Shown in pieces: positions 24,681 to 37,330 of a stretch of 64,000 nt of DNA; positions within the stretch are counted from its first letter, which is position 1; every line of letters starts with the position of its first letter. Source of the DNA: Curvularia clavata (taxonomy: Eukaryota); NCBI GenBank assembly GCA_023920165.1, contig CP089275.1, positions 1,054,001-1,118,000 on the forward strand, written 5' to 3'. Under the pieces are notes generated by a model. It was given only the letters and a program-made list of their open reading frames with translations, had not been told where the DNA came from and searched no databases. The position numbers and the translations under genes are program-made.

Positions 24681-25883
24681 ACCTCCCAAGGTCACTTGCA
24701 GAACTTGCTCAGGAGCTCTTTGACTGCCAGCTGAGGTTTCCGCGTAGGTAATGGTTGTACATGCTGCGCCCTTGCGGTTGAAACTGGAGAAGCATAGATC
24801 GATGTAGAAAACATAACTCATGTAGCTCACGTGCTGATTGTCCACGCTGGACTTGTCATCGACCAAGATAGCAATATCCTTCGCCTAGTGCACTATACCA
24901 CTCAAGAGTAAGCTAAGTGTTCTACATTGCGGCTGAGCCTGAGTGCGCACTTATGCGTCGCTGAGATCTGTCTGACGTACCTATCGTTGAGCACGTTCAC
25001 AAGTGGTCCGTTCACTATTGACGAGGAATTTGAGAGAAGACTTTGCCGCCATGAACTCCTCAAATACCGCTAAACACCTTAGCGAGTATGCAATTCAAAT
25101 TAAAGCTCACATGGCTCGCCCGTTCCGTGTATTTATTGCCCAAAAGAAGGAGCTTTCATACGCTGTGCAAGTGCGCCCCTGAGTTCAAGAAATACGTTAC
25201 GAAGTATGCGCGATGTAAAATAGCTGAGTTCCTACCGAATAACGGCGCCGAAATCAACGCGCATTGTGGAGTCTACGGCATTTCCAGTCTGTTTTCCGAT
25301 TCAGAACTCAGATCGCCCTTCTGCAGACACCTCTTTTCTATTGTTCCGCACGTCTATCGATAGATATGGCTAGCTCGAAGACATGATCTTGCTTGAATAG
25401 CAAATTCGATGACCGATATATTGGTGAAGTGCTCTGCCAAACTACGAGCCGCGATTGGAGTTGCAAGCACTCTTCTCACCAACGACCGCTTGCGCCTGTC
25501 TACAAAGGATCCTTTGGACTTACTCTCAGCCAAGTAAATTCCATGAGCGTATAAAGGCATCATGACGTCCAAGGTTATATGGCAAACGCCCATTCCGCCG
25601 CTTTCTTGAGGAAAATCCCATCGTCGCGGATTACGATGCTACCGGACATACAATTCAGATCCGCATCTGTCCATCACATTTTCCCTGTATATAAGGCATG
25701 GAGCTAGTCACTTCAATTTGGCCGAGACAGTTAAAAGGCGTGCCTAGACATCATTCAATTTTGAAAGATTGTTAGCGTCTCGCTACGAAGTTTTCTAAGC
25801 CCACGACTCCTTCCAATTGGCCAGACTTCGTAATAAGCTGCGTCATCTCCATCTTCCTCCACTTTCCTTCTCACCCCAAAACT

Positions 25884-26840
25884 ATGGCGGAACCGGACAC
25901 ATTTGATGATCTGCCGACGCTTCGTACCTTCTGCCCCGCAGGAACAACAGGAATCTACGCCTATCATGATGGGCGCACGTGCCCCTGGCGCTCCTCAAAC
26001 TGGTATGATGAGACCTTGGCCTTGGGCGTGGCTACCTACAGCATCGTCAGTGGGGACTCCGCCATTCTCTTCGACGCAGGTCTGACGCCTGCTCACGGGG
26101 CGCACATGCTCACCCATGTACGAAGTTTGGGCGTAAAGAATGTGACGACGGTATATAGCCATTTCCATGCCGATCACATCGCTGGGGCTTCTGCTTTGCG
26201 GGATACGAAGATTGTTGCACACAAAGGCACGCAAGAGAGAATGAGGCAGGATGCTGAGAATTTGAGGAACCCGGATGAGGGCGGAGGACCCAGCATCGAC
26301 GTCGTGTTCCCTATGGAGACATATGAGAAGAGCTTGTCCCTCCGAGTCGGCGATATCGTAGTCGAACTGCATAATTTCCACATTCACACCGCGGATTCCA
26401 CACTCCTCTTCCTCCCTGATGCAGGCTTGGTTTTCGCTGGCGATATGCTCGAGGACACCGTGACGTATATTTCCGAGCCAGAGGATCTCAGAATTCATCT
26501 ACAGGAGTTGGAGCGTATGGCGCAATTGCCTATCAAGAAAATATTTCCTGCGCATGGTAGCCCAGACCGAATCAAAGCTGGGGGTTTTGATAAGTCGTTG
26601 ATTGACGCCACAATCCGGTATTTGAAGGCTTTGGATGAACCTGTTAAGAAGCCTGTTGCTTGGGAGAGAAATCTCAAAGATGTGGTGGATGACGATTTAG
26701 TGGCGGGGAGACTGGTCTTTTTTGAAGCGTACGAGGGCGTCCACCAGGAAAATGTTGAGTCCATGAAAGAAATACGAGAGGAAAGCGCCGCCAACACGAT
26801 GAAAGGAAGTGGAGAGGGCATCAGTGATATATCGACTTAG
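25884..26840 (+). CDS. Metallo-beta-lactamase-fold hydrolase (bacterial-like, intronless)
   Basis: HxHxDH motif SHFHADH plus HIHTADS, FAGDMLED and FPAHGS. Intronless 318 aa ORF. TATATAA at ~25688. Confidence 0.9.
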   Translation: MAEPDTFDDLPTLRTFCPAGTTGIYAYHDGRTCPWRSSNWYDETLALGVATYSIVSGDSAILFDAGLTPAHGAHMLTHVRSLGVKNVTTVYSHFHADHIAGASALRDTKIVAHKGTQERMRQDAENLRNPDEGGGPSIDVVFPMETYEKSLSLRVGDIVVELHNFHIHTADSTLLFLPDAGLVFAGDMLEDTVTYISEPEDLRIHLQELERMAQLPIKKIFPAHGSPDRIKAGGFDKSLIDATIRYLKALDEPVKKPVAWERNLKDVVDDDLVAGRLVFFEAYEGVHQENVESMKEIREESAANTMKGSGEGISDIST

Positions 26841-28570
26841 TTTGTAAGCTCTGTAGGATGCCCGCCGTTTTATGTATACGTTCCTCATCCAGTGTTGGCA
26901 TTGTACGAGATGGAGCAGGCGTACATCATCTGTGGAAGCGCGGTGCCTTTTTTAGATCATTCATACATATAGCAAATCCACTCCCTAATTAGAATCCTTA
27001 AGATAGCTTAGGGTATTCACTGTGTGATCCCAGAAGTAAGGAATTCCAAGGTTACCTCAACTTATCGGAATGGTCAGTCCGTCCGATATCACTAACATTC
27101 TCATCTGTAAGCCTTATCAGCGCATGGGTCTATCTATCATTAGAGGATTCTTAAAGTATGACTACTGTTGCAACTAGCATTGAGAAATTTCACGTTTTCG
27201 CAGTGACAACCGCACAATACCTATACGATATAAAACTTAGGTAGTTATTGCTTTTCAAAATTCCTTTATCGCAACCACACTGTAACAATACTGTTATATA
27301 AGCCATATTGTCATGATAAGTTTGCTGAATTAATTCTTATTGCTAGTTTCTCTCTATCTCTATTGTTGCGAGGTGCCAGCGTTGCGCAGTACACCTTAGC
27401 TGAGTTAGTGTTGTTGGCCGACCGACTGTGTACTTTACACGTGAACACCCACCTACCCTCATACTTTGGCTTACCCGCCTGGGTCTACAGCTTGACTTCT
27501 CGCGACTTCGCCTACTTCTATGCTTTCAATACCCCCCAAACGTAATCGTGAACCCGCCGAGGCAGCCGAAGTGCCTTTGAAACGTAAGTGAACACACACT
27601 TAGCGCTGGAAAGAAAGCTAGGGGCAGCTTACTCCTCGACCAACTTAGTCGCCCAATGAGATTAATGTCGATCCGGAGCCGCCTATTGAGGACCCTGAGA
27701 ATACGCCAGAGCCGCGTTCAATAGAGTCGCCAACTCGGCCAGAGGAGCGCGACTGGAGGGCATCACCATGGCCTATACTGCGAGCCTCGCAGGGCGCGAT
27801 ATAAAAGGAAAGATATAAGATAGCATAGAGCGTTGTGGCCCTGGAAACCAAAGGCTGCGCTTCCGCAAGTGGGTTTAACGGAGAGTGCCAGCGATACGCC
27901 GTCATTGTAAGTGCATACAAATATGGAAAGTCCTTGCATGCTTTTGGTGATACAGCTGTTGTACATTCAAACAACCAGCGGCTCTTTACATGTGCACTGC
28001 AATCTCTAGGGTTGAAAGAGGTGCTTCTGGGCTGTTCATGTTCGTGAGGGATGAGTACTGACAGATGTGTGGTGGCGGTGGTGGTGGTGGTGGTGGTCAT
28101 GCATGGCAAGACCCTGCACGATCCACGAGCTGCAAATAGCACTCTTCCGTCAGTTGTTTCTACAGATCGCCTCTAATAGCGCAACCCTAGTATAGCTGGT
28201 GCGGCCCGGCCGCCTCCTTGCTAGCTTCCGTAGGCTGTCTGCACCTTGTTGTGCCACTGCCGCCACAGAAGCTTGGAAATAAGACCTATGTCATTTAGTG
28301 ACCGATACTAAATAATACTTAGTACAATAACACATATCTCAATGTACCGAAGACGCGTCCCGCCTTTACGAAAATCATCACACTATTATATTAGCAACGT
28401 TATTTATAGCTGAATGGAGATTGTGGGTGTGAGACCGCACAGACCACGTGTCCCCGTGGACTGCTGCCTTGCCCGCCCCATGATGTCGTCGCTTTTTGAA
28501 TTCGACCTTGAAACATCGCAGACTCCGCAATCCGAAGTGAGAGGGGTATGAGCATGTAGCCACTGCAAGC

Positions 28571-31500
28571 ATGGAACCCTCTCCATCAAGCTCCTCTGAC
28601 GAGGATAGCCACCACCATGTGCGCCCCGAGCTACGCCTTCTCACTGCCGTCAACAATGGCAAACTCGACCAAGTAATTGCCATTATTGAAGCTACAAAAG
28701 CAAAGAACTCACCCACCGACCACCTCCTGCGCATTGGCCTTGTTCGTGCGGCCGAGCGCGGACAAGCATTTATTGCCGAATATCTGCTAAAAAATGGTGC
28801 GAAGCCGGACGGCGCGCCTTTCGGGCGTTCCTCGCCATTGCTAAAGGCCGTTGAGACGAATCAAGTGCAAATCGTACGACTGCTATTGAATCATGGCGGG
28901 AATGTGGATATCGCAGATAAGCAGGGTCGGACGGTGCTGATGATAGCTGCATGCAAGAATCACTGGCATGCGCTGAACGAGCTGCTGCGAAGGGGCGCCG
29001 ATGTTAACAAGAAGGACAACAAGGGGCGGAACGTGCTGCACAACCTTGCAGCTGACGACGACTGCAGTTGGGGGAGGGATATTATCCATCTGTTACTACA
29101 GCAGAATATTGCTATCGATGGGCCCGAAGGACAGGACGACTCCAGACGAAGCCCACTGCATTGGGCGGTATCGACGGGGAAGAAGGAGCTGTGCGAGATG
29201 TTGATCATGAGACCGACAGCACCGCGAGCAAATATCAATGCGAGGGAAAAGAAGGACAAAACGCCTCTGCATCTCGCTGTCGCGCATGGAAGAGAGGACA
29301 TTGTAGGACTGCTAATCCACTATGGCGCTGATATTACCGCAAAAAGTGACGGAGGCTGGACGGTGTTGCACAGTGCTTGTCAGCAGGGCAGTGTCAAGAT
29401 TTTGGGGATGCTCCTGGAAGCAGGTGCAGAGATCAATGCACAGCTGTTGAACGGGCAAACGCCATTGCATGAAGCAGTACATTCAGGCCATCTCGAAATC
29501 GTCAAGGAGTTACTTCTGCACGAGGAGTGCAAACGCGCTGTGAAAGACGCATTTGGGATAACACCTTTCGTTCGGGCGGCGCAGAAGAAGCACAAGGAAA
29601 TTATCCACCTTCTGGCTCCGTTCAATCACGTGGAGACATTGTCGAAAGATGCGTTGGCTGCGTGTACTGGTTTCAATGCAACAATAATCGACTTTGGCAA
29701 TTTCCCCGGTGGAAAATCAGTTCAGAAAAAAGCTGTATACGGTATACCTGCACAGTCACTTGATATTGACGAAAGCTGACCCTCAAGCTAGAGATTTTGT
29801 ACGGACGCGATGTGATAGACCCACGGAAACCGGCGTATAATATTTTACCTAGGCACAGAAAGGCTGCCGACTTCAGGTGGATACATATCCCAACCAACAA
29901 CATAAATTGGATCGAAGACCTCCTTGCTAAAGTGTTTATTGAAGAAGGTGCAGATGATGTGGAAGGTTATATGGATCTACAGCAGTCATTGAGCTATCAG
30001 CATGGAGGGAAATTAGCACATTCTCGCTTTATGACACCTGCATGCCGAATTACTACACGCGCACAGAAGTCCGCAGATGATGAGCTTTCCGAAGACGCTG
30101 CCACAGAACAAGGACCGCCTCAAATCTTCATCAATTCTCGGACTAATGTCCAACTTAAGACTGTTCCAGCAACAAAACCCGCGCGAAGAAACCCTCCAAA
30201 GCAAGTTTCTAAGAGTAACATCTTCTTCTGTATGCCATACCTACACTACGAAACGGATAGCCGTCGTTGTGAAATGCAGGGCGCTATAAAGCGGGCCGAA
30301 TTATCAAAGAACGGAATCCCCTCAACCAGAGCCATCACATACGATGAAATGCTGATCCGGGCATACCTTGTCACGCAAAATTCTTCGCTTCACGTCCGTC
30401 GCACTTTAGATCAATCCTTCTACCACAATATTGATACCCAAACTCGCGACTGGGATCAGGTCATATACCGCTACCAATTGAAGCATAACAAAGCTGACAG
30501 TGTAGATCCCAAGATTTTCATGGTCGATCAGCTATGGATGTGGACACTAGGCAAAGATTTGATTGTGACTAGCTTTCCCCAGCGCTGGCAACAAGCAAAG
30601 AACGATCCGATGAATGTCCTCGATAACATAATCGAGACAATCACTTCGAGGCGCCGCGAACCAGTGCGCACCGTTTATGATCTAGCCATGACTATCACCG
30701 AGTGCTGTTTAGGCGTGTACGACCGCCTGTGCATAGGCGACAACGCGTTCCAATTCCTCGATATGTTCGAATCGACTTTAGGCGACGCGACCGATCGCGA
30801 GGACTTGCTATTTAAGGAATTCAACGTTGCCTCGCTACAGGCATCGGCGTGGCTGCAACAACGGCACCAGCGTCCAGACCGCATGCTCGGGCACGGCACG
30901 AAAGAAGCTGCAAGCGCCAACATCTTTGAGCGCTTTCAACTCGTAGACCCTAGCTCAGATCCATTGTTCGTCGATAAGCTCCTCGATATCAGTCAGGAAA
31001 CCATGCTTCTAGCCGAAACAAAGGATATTCGTGACGAGCTGAACATGATCGCAATAATCTTTAGAACTCAGCAACAAGTTTTGCCCGAACTCGAGATGGT
31101 TATTGCTGACATATACGGAGAGCAGCACAGAAGCCAACAAAGCGTCAAGAAACCGATCAGGGAACAGCTAAGGAATACCGAAATGCGCATGAAGGAAATA
31201 GAAAGGATGGACAAGCAGGCGGAGCGCGTCTACATGTCCGTTATCGACTTACTCGATCTTAAGCAGAAGCAGGACGCGAACGCGTTCGAGGGCCGCATGG
31301 CTCGCAACCAAGCAGAAAGCACTGCGCGCCAGAGCCAAATCATCATGGTATTCACCATCGTCACTATCATTTTCCTACCTCTCAACTTTATTGCCGCCGT
31401 CTTTGCGATCAATATCCGCGAATTTCCTCGTGACCCAAACCAAGACGGTGCGCTACCTCTCGCCTACGTATCTAAGTATACGTTCGGCATCGGTTTCGCG

Positions 31501-31734
31501 GTTTCGGTGCCTATGATCGCCATTGCGCTTTCACTAGATGGAATGACCAAGTCCTTTAGTGAAATGAAAAGAGTCTGGAGGGAGATATGGCCTAGAAAGA
31601 GGACTAAGAATGGAGTGAGGGATCAGGAGGACGGGCGGGGGCCAACGGATCTGGACTGGACTCTGCTAGCTGAGAAGCGGACACTATCAATCTCACATGC
31701 TTACGGACACCACGATCGCGCTAGCAGGGAATGA
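28571..31734 (+). CDS. Ankyrin-repeat protein fused to a CorA-like C-terminal two-TM region (2 exons)
   Basis: Multiple ankyrin repeats (SPLLKAV, TPLHLAV, TVLHSAC, TPLHEAV). Intron 29742-29791 joins AVY-E-ILYGRD in frame. Motifs MPYLHYE, RRTLDQSFY, VDQLWMW and the TM segment FTIVTIIFLPLNFIAAVFAIN. Confidence 0.85.
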
Positions 31735-32142
31735 GTAGATAGAACAGCAGAACAGCATCATCGCAAGACAGAACCGGGTCATAGGGTACATTCGAAGTGC
31801 TCGCGCGTCGTTTCAAGCAGGGTGGCAGCGTCTCTAGTTTACTACCGAAGCACACCTCCAACTTTCAGATCCGCCACTGCACGTGCACGGTATAACCCTC
31901 AGATATCATGACCCTCCGCAAGATCCCAACGCCTCTCACGCAGCCCTATGGCTGGAGCAAGTCGGCTAACCTCTCTGCTAATAGTAGCAACCGCCACAGT
32001 CAAGACGCCGGCATTATCGTTTAGATATAACTCATAATCATACTTACACACCTCATGCAGTCCCACTTTCGCACTAGCTTGATATCCCATATGAAAAGCA
32101 GCATCACTATCCCATCTCTATATTCTGCATCTGCTACTAGTT

Positions 32143-32460
32143 CTATAGCTTAATCGACGACGTTATGTCGGGATGATGGTCTCCCAGGATCCGTTTGCGC
32201 AGCCGAAGCCACCTATCCATCAGTGAGATGGCCTTCTCGCTGCGGCATTGGGACTTGAGCGTGAACGCGAGATTGCCCATAGCCGTCAGCGTGTACAGAT
32301 GGTCATATCTAAGCACTCTCTCCCTCATGTCTATGACTTGCACCTCCGGATCTTCAGCCTCCTTCCAACGCTCTTGACTCCAAAACGTTGATGCCAAGTT
32401 AACCATGCTAGTAAGCATGTGTAGGTGCTCTATCCTGAGCACCTTCTCCCTTCTTCCCAG
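32143..32460 (-). pseudogene. Fragment of kinesin-light-chain-type TPR repeats (NLR-like C-terminus)
   Basis: Repeats HMLTSMVNLASTFWSQERWKEAE, HLYTLTAMGNLAFTLKSQ, ILGDHHPDI. No proper start and no upstream NB-ARC/NACHT domain. Confidence 0.7.
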
Positions 32461-32602
32461 CGCTCGCTACTATGTAACTGTGCTGTATGTCAACATGTCC
32501 GTTAATTTTTGCAAGATAGGGACTCCTTCCAACCCATGATGAAACCCCTGTCTAATGGCTGTATGTTATAAGACACTTGTCAAGCGCTCCTTATAAGCTG
32601 TC

Positions 32603-32990
32603 TGTAAGGACATAAGCCAAGAAGTCCTATTCTCCTTCACTCGTGTTCTTCTTGACTCACTTGCTTTGTTTCCATTTGCCTTTCCTCCTCTTTCTCTTGC
32701 CTTTACATGCCTTTGCTTCCTTTCGGCTCGGCAAGCCACTTGCTTCGACAGTTCTTGTTTTCAACAAACCCCTTATTGCAACATCACTTGTCATCAGCAA
32801 GCCCTGTGATTCAGCAGATCAGCTGCCTACAGGTTGGTAGCTAACACAGTTGTCAGCGCATTCCTCCAGGTATATGGCCTAGATAATTCCTGTAGTTAGC
32901 TCAGTGTTTGCTCGCTTCACCTCTCTCGAATAAATCTCCTTTTCTCCTCCTGATGTGCCTGCGTCATCTCTGCGTGAAGTCGCCCTCACA
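32603..32990 (+). mobile_element. Solo LTR (388 bp) of an LTR retrotransposon
   Basis: Starts TGTAAGG and ends CCTCACA (TG..CA, 6/7 inverted). AATAAA near the 3' end (~32929). Flanking 5-mers CTGTC and CTGCC form a near-perfect target-site duplication. Confidence 0.72.
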
Positions 32991-35629
32991 CTGCCTTAAC
33001 TACTTGTCTAGAGAGCTCGCTGGAGGCACTCCATAATTTTACATATAGTTTCAAGTACGTGTTAATTGCATCTCTGTGTCTAGTATGAGGGTTCTCAAGT
33101 CATGGCACTGTATTATGGGGGAAAATAGGTTGCTCACTTGACGTAGTTAAAGAGTGAATGAAATGTAAAAGCTATAGCAGGCAGTATGAGGGGGGGGAGG
33201 AGAGACCTACTGTTAGTTGAGTTTTGAAACTAATTGCTGTGACGTAGAAAAATGATCGCAAAAAATGTAAAGAACCTTTGAAGAGGGCGCGCTTAGGTAG
33301 GCACTGCGAAAGTTACGGCAAGACTCAACATAGCCATGGTGCATGTAGAGGATGCAGAAGATAATGGCCATCATCATTAGTGTTGTCCCATTGCACACAG
33401 TGTAAAAAAACTCTCCCTTCTTGCCCTGCGTCGCTGCGCGTATACCGCGTTTGGGCTAGGATGGTGACATATAAGGTTGGCGATTTCATGGTGATCGTTA
33501 ACCAGAATGACTACATGCAGAGATAATGAAGACTACTTGAAATCATAATCATTATAAACTTAGTAAAAGGCTGCAATGCAGCCTGTCTTTCTCCAAAAGT
33601 CACAAACATGGCCGACGCTTAAAGGCTAAGTATTTGATCGATATATCTCGCACGCCTAGCCACTATCATTTTCGAAAACATGGGCTTGATTTCTTATATG
33701 GATCCTTCCCAATGCTCACCTTTTCAGATATGCAACTCACAGCCCCTACAATCCTTGAGATGCGGATGGCAAACATAACTGTATTATTTATAAGAATTTC
33801 ACATTCACAAGTATCAATGTAAGTCAGCGGGAGATTCATCAAACTTTGTGACACGCTCTTTGGTCTGTATCTCCGTTATGTGCGAGCAGTCCAAACCGAG
33901 GATACGCGTCCCCACTTCTCGGTTCATATCTCCCAGTTCACACGGATTCAAATTCATACTGTTTCTAACTCATATCGAATTTTTAACTATCAAACAAGTA
34001 GAAACTAATTAACTAACTACCCTCTAGTCTTTAGAAAGCGTGTATAGCGCATCAAAACCGCAACTACTCCTAGGTCTACTCTTCTAGATGACAAGTATAC
34101 TAGTATGCTGCTTGCGTGAAAAGGTATGCAAGAGTACCACAGCGATTGTATGCTGCTGGTGCAACGACGTCTGGTGCCAATTCGATGGTCAACAGGTCAC
34201 GAGGGCGAAGTCAGATATGACTGGTAGTGAAACAGTGAGTTGCTTTACTACATATAGCAACTTACTCGCGACTCTTCGACTATTGTCTACATAGAGCTTT
34301 ACAGCGTGGTTCTTAGAATGGAAATTTGCTGAGTTCTTTAGCACCGGGAGCAATTTGTTAGTCATGCTTGAGTCTTGCGAATATGGTCAGAATATCATCT
34401 GCTGATGTTGCAGGCATGAAACACAGCAAGCCTTCAATGGCTAAATCCGGCGCGGGTGCAGTCATACTATGGCTGTATCTGCAGAAGAGATTGAAGGGAG
34501 GGTGATAAATTGGCAGAGTAGGTTTTGTTGTAGGAACAAACTGGGAGGTGAATTGGTCTGGTTTCGTAGTTTATCCTTTATTCCAACTACGAAGAACTTG
34601 ATAGCACGTCTAGCTCTTAACAACGCAGTCACGGAGTAATAGTCCTAAAAGATATCGTGTACATCCAGCCCCTGAGGGTTACGTAATGATGCGGTGTCAA
34701 ATAGAGTATAGCTGAAATATCAACAGATTCAAGGTAGACCAGCTCCACGATTACAGCTTTGCATAACTAATGTCGCAGGAGGTATGCAGCTTATGGTATA
34801 CCAGCACAGGAAGGATCACACTAAATTAGAACACGTCCCTTCTAGCCGCCCGGAGACATGGAAAAAATTAATGGGTTGTCTTGTGGGGCTGCTTGACTGA
34901 GCTGCCTAACTGAGCTGGCTGGCGGAGTCGCCCACCGAAACAATGCCAAATATTCAACACGTCATAACTGTACTAATTTCATGAACCCCTACATATCCCA
35001 CCACTAGAGAAATCGCGATGATAGCGATCGTATGAGACGCTGTAGCCTCAAGCTGTAGAGCTGTTTTGATGTTCAGGTGGGTCGTAGCGCTAGGGGAAGG
35101 GGGTAGACTTCGGGATGGACCTTAGTATCCACCCGCCTGAATCAAGCACAATGAGTTGGATAAAGAAAAGTTTTATATCTGGTCAGCCCGCTCCGCTCAG
35201 CCCGTCAGCCCCGCGGGTACACCCGTCCGCACATTCGGCAGCACACGCGTATACCCGCTAGCACCGCAAACTGCTGATCGAGATAAGACATTGTGTCCTC
35301 ATAAAGTGAGGCCTGATACCCTGCAATCCTGATGGCGCAACGACATCAGAAAGGTCTTTTTGTCCGGGCTTTTTTGTTGGTTGTCGTCAGGGCTGTCCGC
35401 CACAGTTATCCACTCAGGCTCCCAAGATTAAAATTATGCAACCTAGTGGCACGGGCCCATTGCCGGACTAGTGTCTTGTGCCGCTTACATGCATTCCTAG
35501 CGTCTGAAGCTGGACCCTTATTGATCGTGTCCGCAGCACTCGAGCAGTGGGTCGCAATGTCTATACCGCATGGGGGTGATACATAATGAGTTGCAACTCT
35601 ATTCTAACTCCTAAACCACCTGTGGAAAG

Positions 35630-37041
35630 ATGTTCGGCACAATATCATTCACGAAAAATGGTCAATACAAGGTCTCGAACGATCACCTTTTCTCGCAGGA
35701 GGAGAGTGATCGTGCAACGCGACGGTTCGCTTGTCGCACCTGTCGGCTGTTCAAGGTGAGTCCACAAGGGGAACAACTTGCGAAAGTTGAATCCTCCCAA
35801 TCAGTTTTGGCTCCGAATTCTAATAAATTTCAGGTCAAATGCAGTAGGAACCCCACTGCATGTGCTCGTTGCTGCAGTCTCAGTCTTGATTGTGTTTATG
35901 ACCAATCCACGGAATCACGGTCTCAGCACGCTTCTAATGAACGACCGTCAAGTAACAGCAGTTCATTGACAACACAATCAAAATCAGCTTCTGCTAGCCC
36001 TACTCCAAGACCATCGAGTGCCCAGGGCTCTGGGCGTTCCAGTACTACAGAAACGCTCATTTCGAATTTTTTAGATTGCGAAGAACCTATGGAGTCTGAT
36101 GAAACCTTTGCCGAGTTTACACTAGAGAGTCCAGTCTTTCGAAGTGTGCAGTCAACACTCTCGATTGAGCAGCAACCTACAAACGACGCCTTGGAGGTGG
36201 GATTTTCTCCGTCTGGGAAGGACGTCTTTAGCATGGACCTAGGCTTTGATGAGCCGAACCTTGCAAATCACGGAATATCGCAAGGGTCTCTCACTCTTCA
36301 GGATTCTGACAAAATAGTATCATGTAAGTGGACTCTTCCTTAATTCGATACTGAGGCACTGTGGTAATTGAGAATGAAGTTCAAACACTACACGATACCC
36401 ATTGGCCGCAATCGACTTCTCAAAACGACGACCTTGGAGGCACAATAAACATGCCGAGCCCGATGTCGCCTCCTTTATCGCAGCCTCCCGCTACCGAATG
36501 CAACTGCTTGGGTCAGCTCTCAACAGCACTTTTCGCTCTCAACGGAATGCTCCGGCGCTCTGCTTATGACGAGAGCGTACCTACAGCCTCACGATTTCAA
36601 GAAGCTTTGCAAAGCGTCTTCAAAGTTACTGCACGGACAAAGGGGCTGCTGGATAAGGTTATGTGCTGCTCGTGTCGTTGCTTCACGAAAAGTGAAAATC
36701 GGGTGCTGCTTGTCATGATTTTGGAGCAACTCGTAGACTTATGTTCTACTTTGGTAGCCCAGATAGAACTCAGATTCAAGGAGCCAAGTGAAGGCATTTC
36801 TGTGACAGTACACATAGGCGGATATGTAGTGGATAGCGAGCAGGAGCAGCAGATGGTTTTCTTTTTTCTCATCAGTGAGCGGTTCAGGACGCTCACTGCA
36901 TCAGCTGTTTCCTGCCGAGATAGGTTTGGCGCGGTAGCCGACACCGCTCATAGCCAAGCCCGCTTAAGCTCAGCAATTCACAGCCTTGGCTTGTTAAGGC
37001 TTAAAATAGGTAGCAGAACAAATATGAAATGTAAGGCATAA
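35630..37041 (+). CDS. Cluster-specific Zn(II)2Cys6 transcription factor (AflR-like C-terminus)
   Basis: Removing intron 35756-35833 gives CRTCRLFKVKCSRNPTACARCCSLSLDC. The C-terminal region has ECNCLG and VMCCSCRC. A second intron starts ~36324; its acceptor is uncertain. Confidence 0.82.
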
Positions 37042-37330
37042 ACTATCAAGTAATGCACAGCGCTGGCAGGGGTGGTGTGCCGAGCCTTGAAACATACAGG
37101 AAATGGAAAATTCGAATGGAGTGTCCTTCCGAATCGGGGTACAGCCCGAGAGCGACTGGTTTCGAGCCCCACTCCCATGTCCGTCGACTTATGTAATGAC
37201 AGAAAGTGCCAATAACATGTGGCTCAAGTCCGTTGTGAGTTATTGGAGAATGTGTTTAGATCATCGCTCCTGTTTCTGAGAGTCTTTGCATTCCTCACAC
37301 CATTCAAATCTCGATTTTACCGCAACCGGA

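Noticed and set aside
28071..28097. (GGT)n microsatellite giving a poly-Thr ORF (27645-28142, minus)
   Set aside because: Low-complexity repeat; the ORF has no recognisable features.
33180..35300. Possible transposon-end fragments (gcgcttaggtaggcact ~33287; cagcccg repeats ~35184-35210)
   Set aside because: No matching partner TIR or TSD could be identified by eye.
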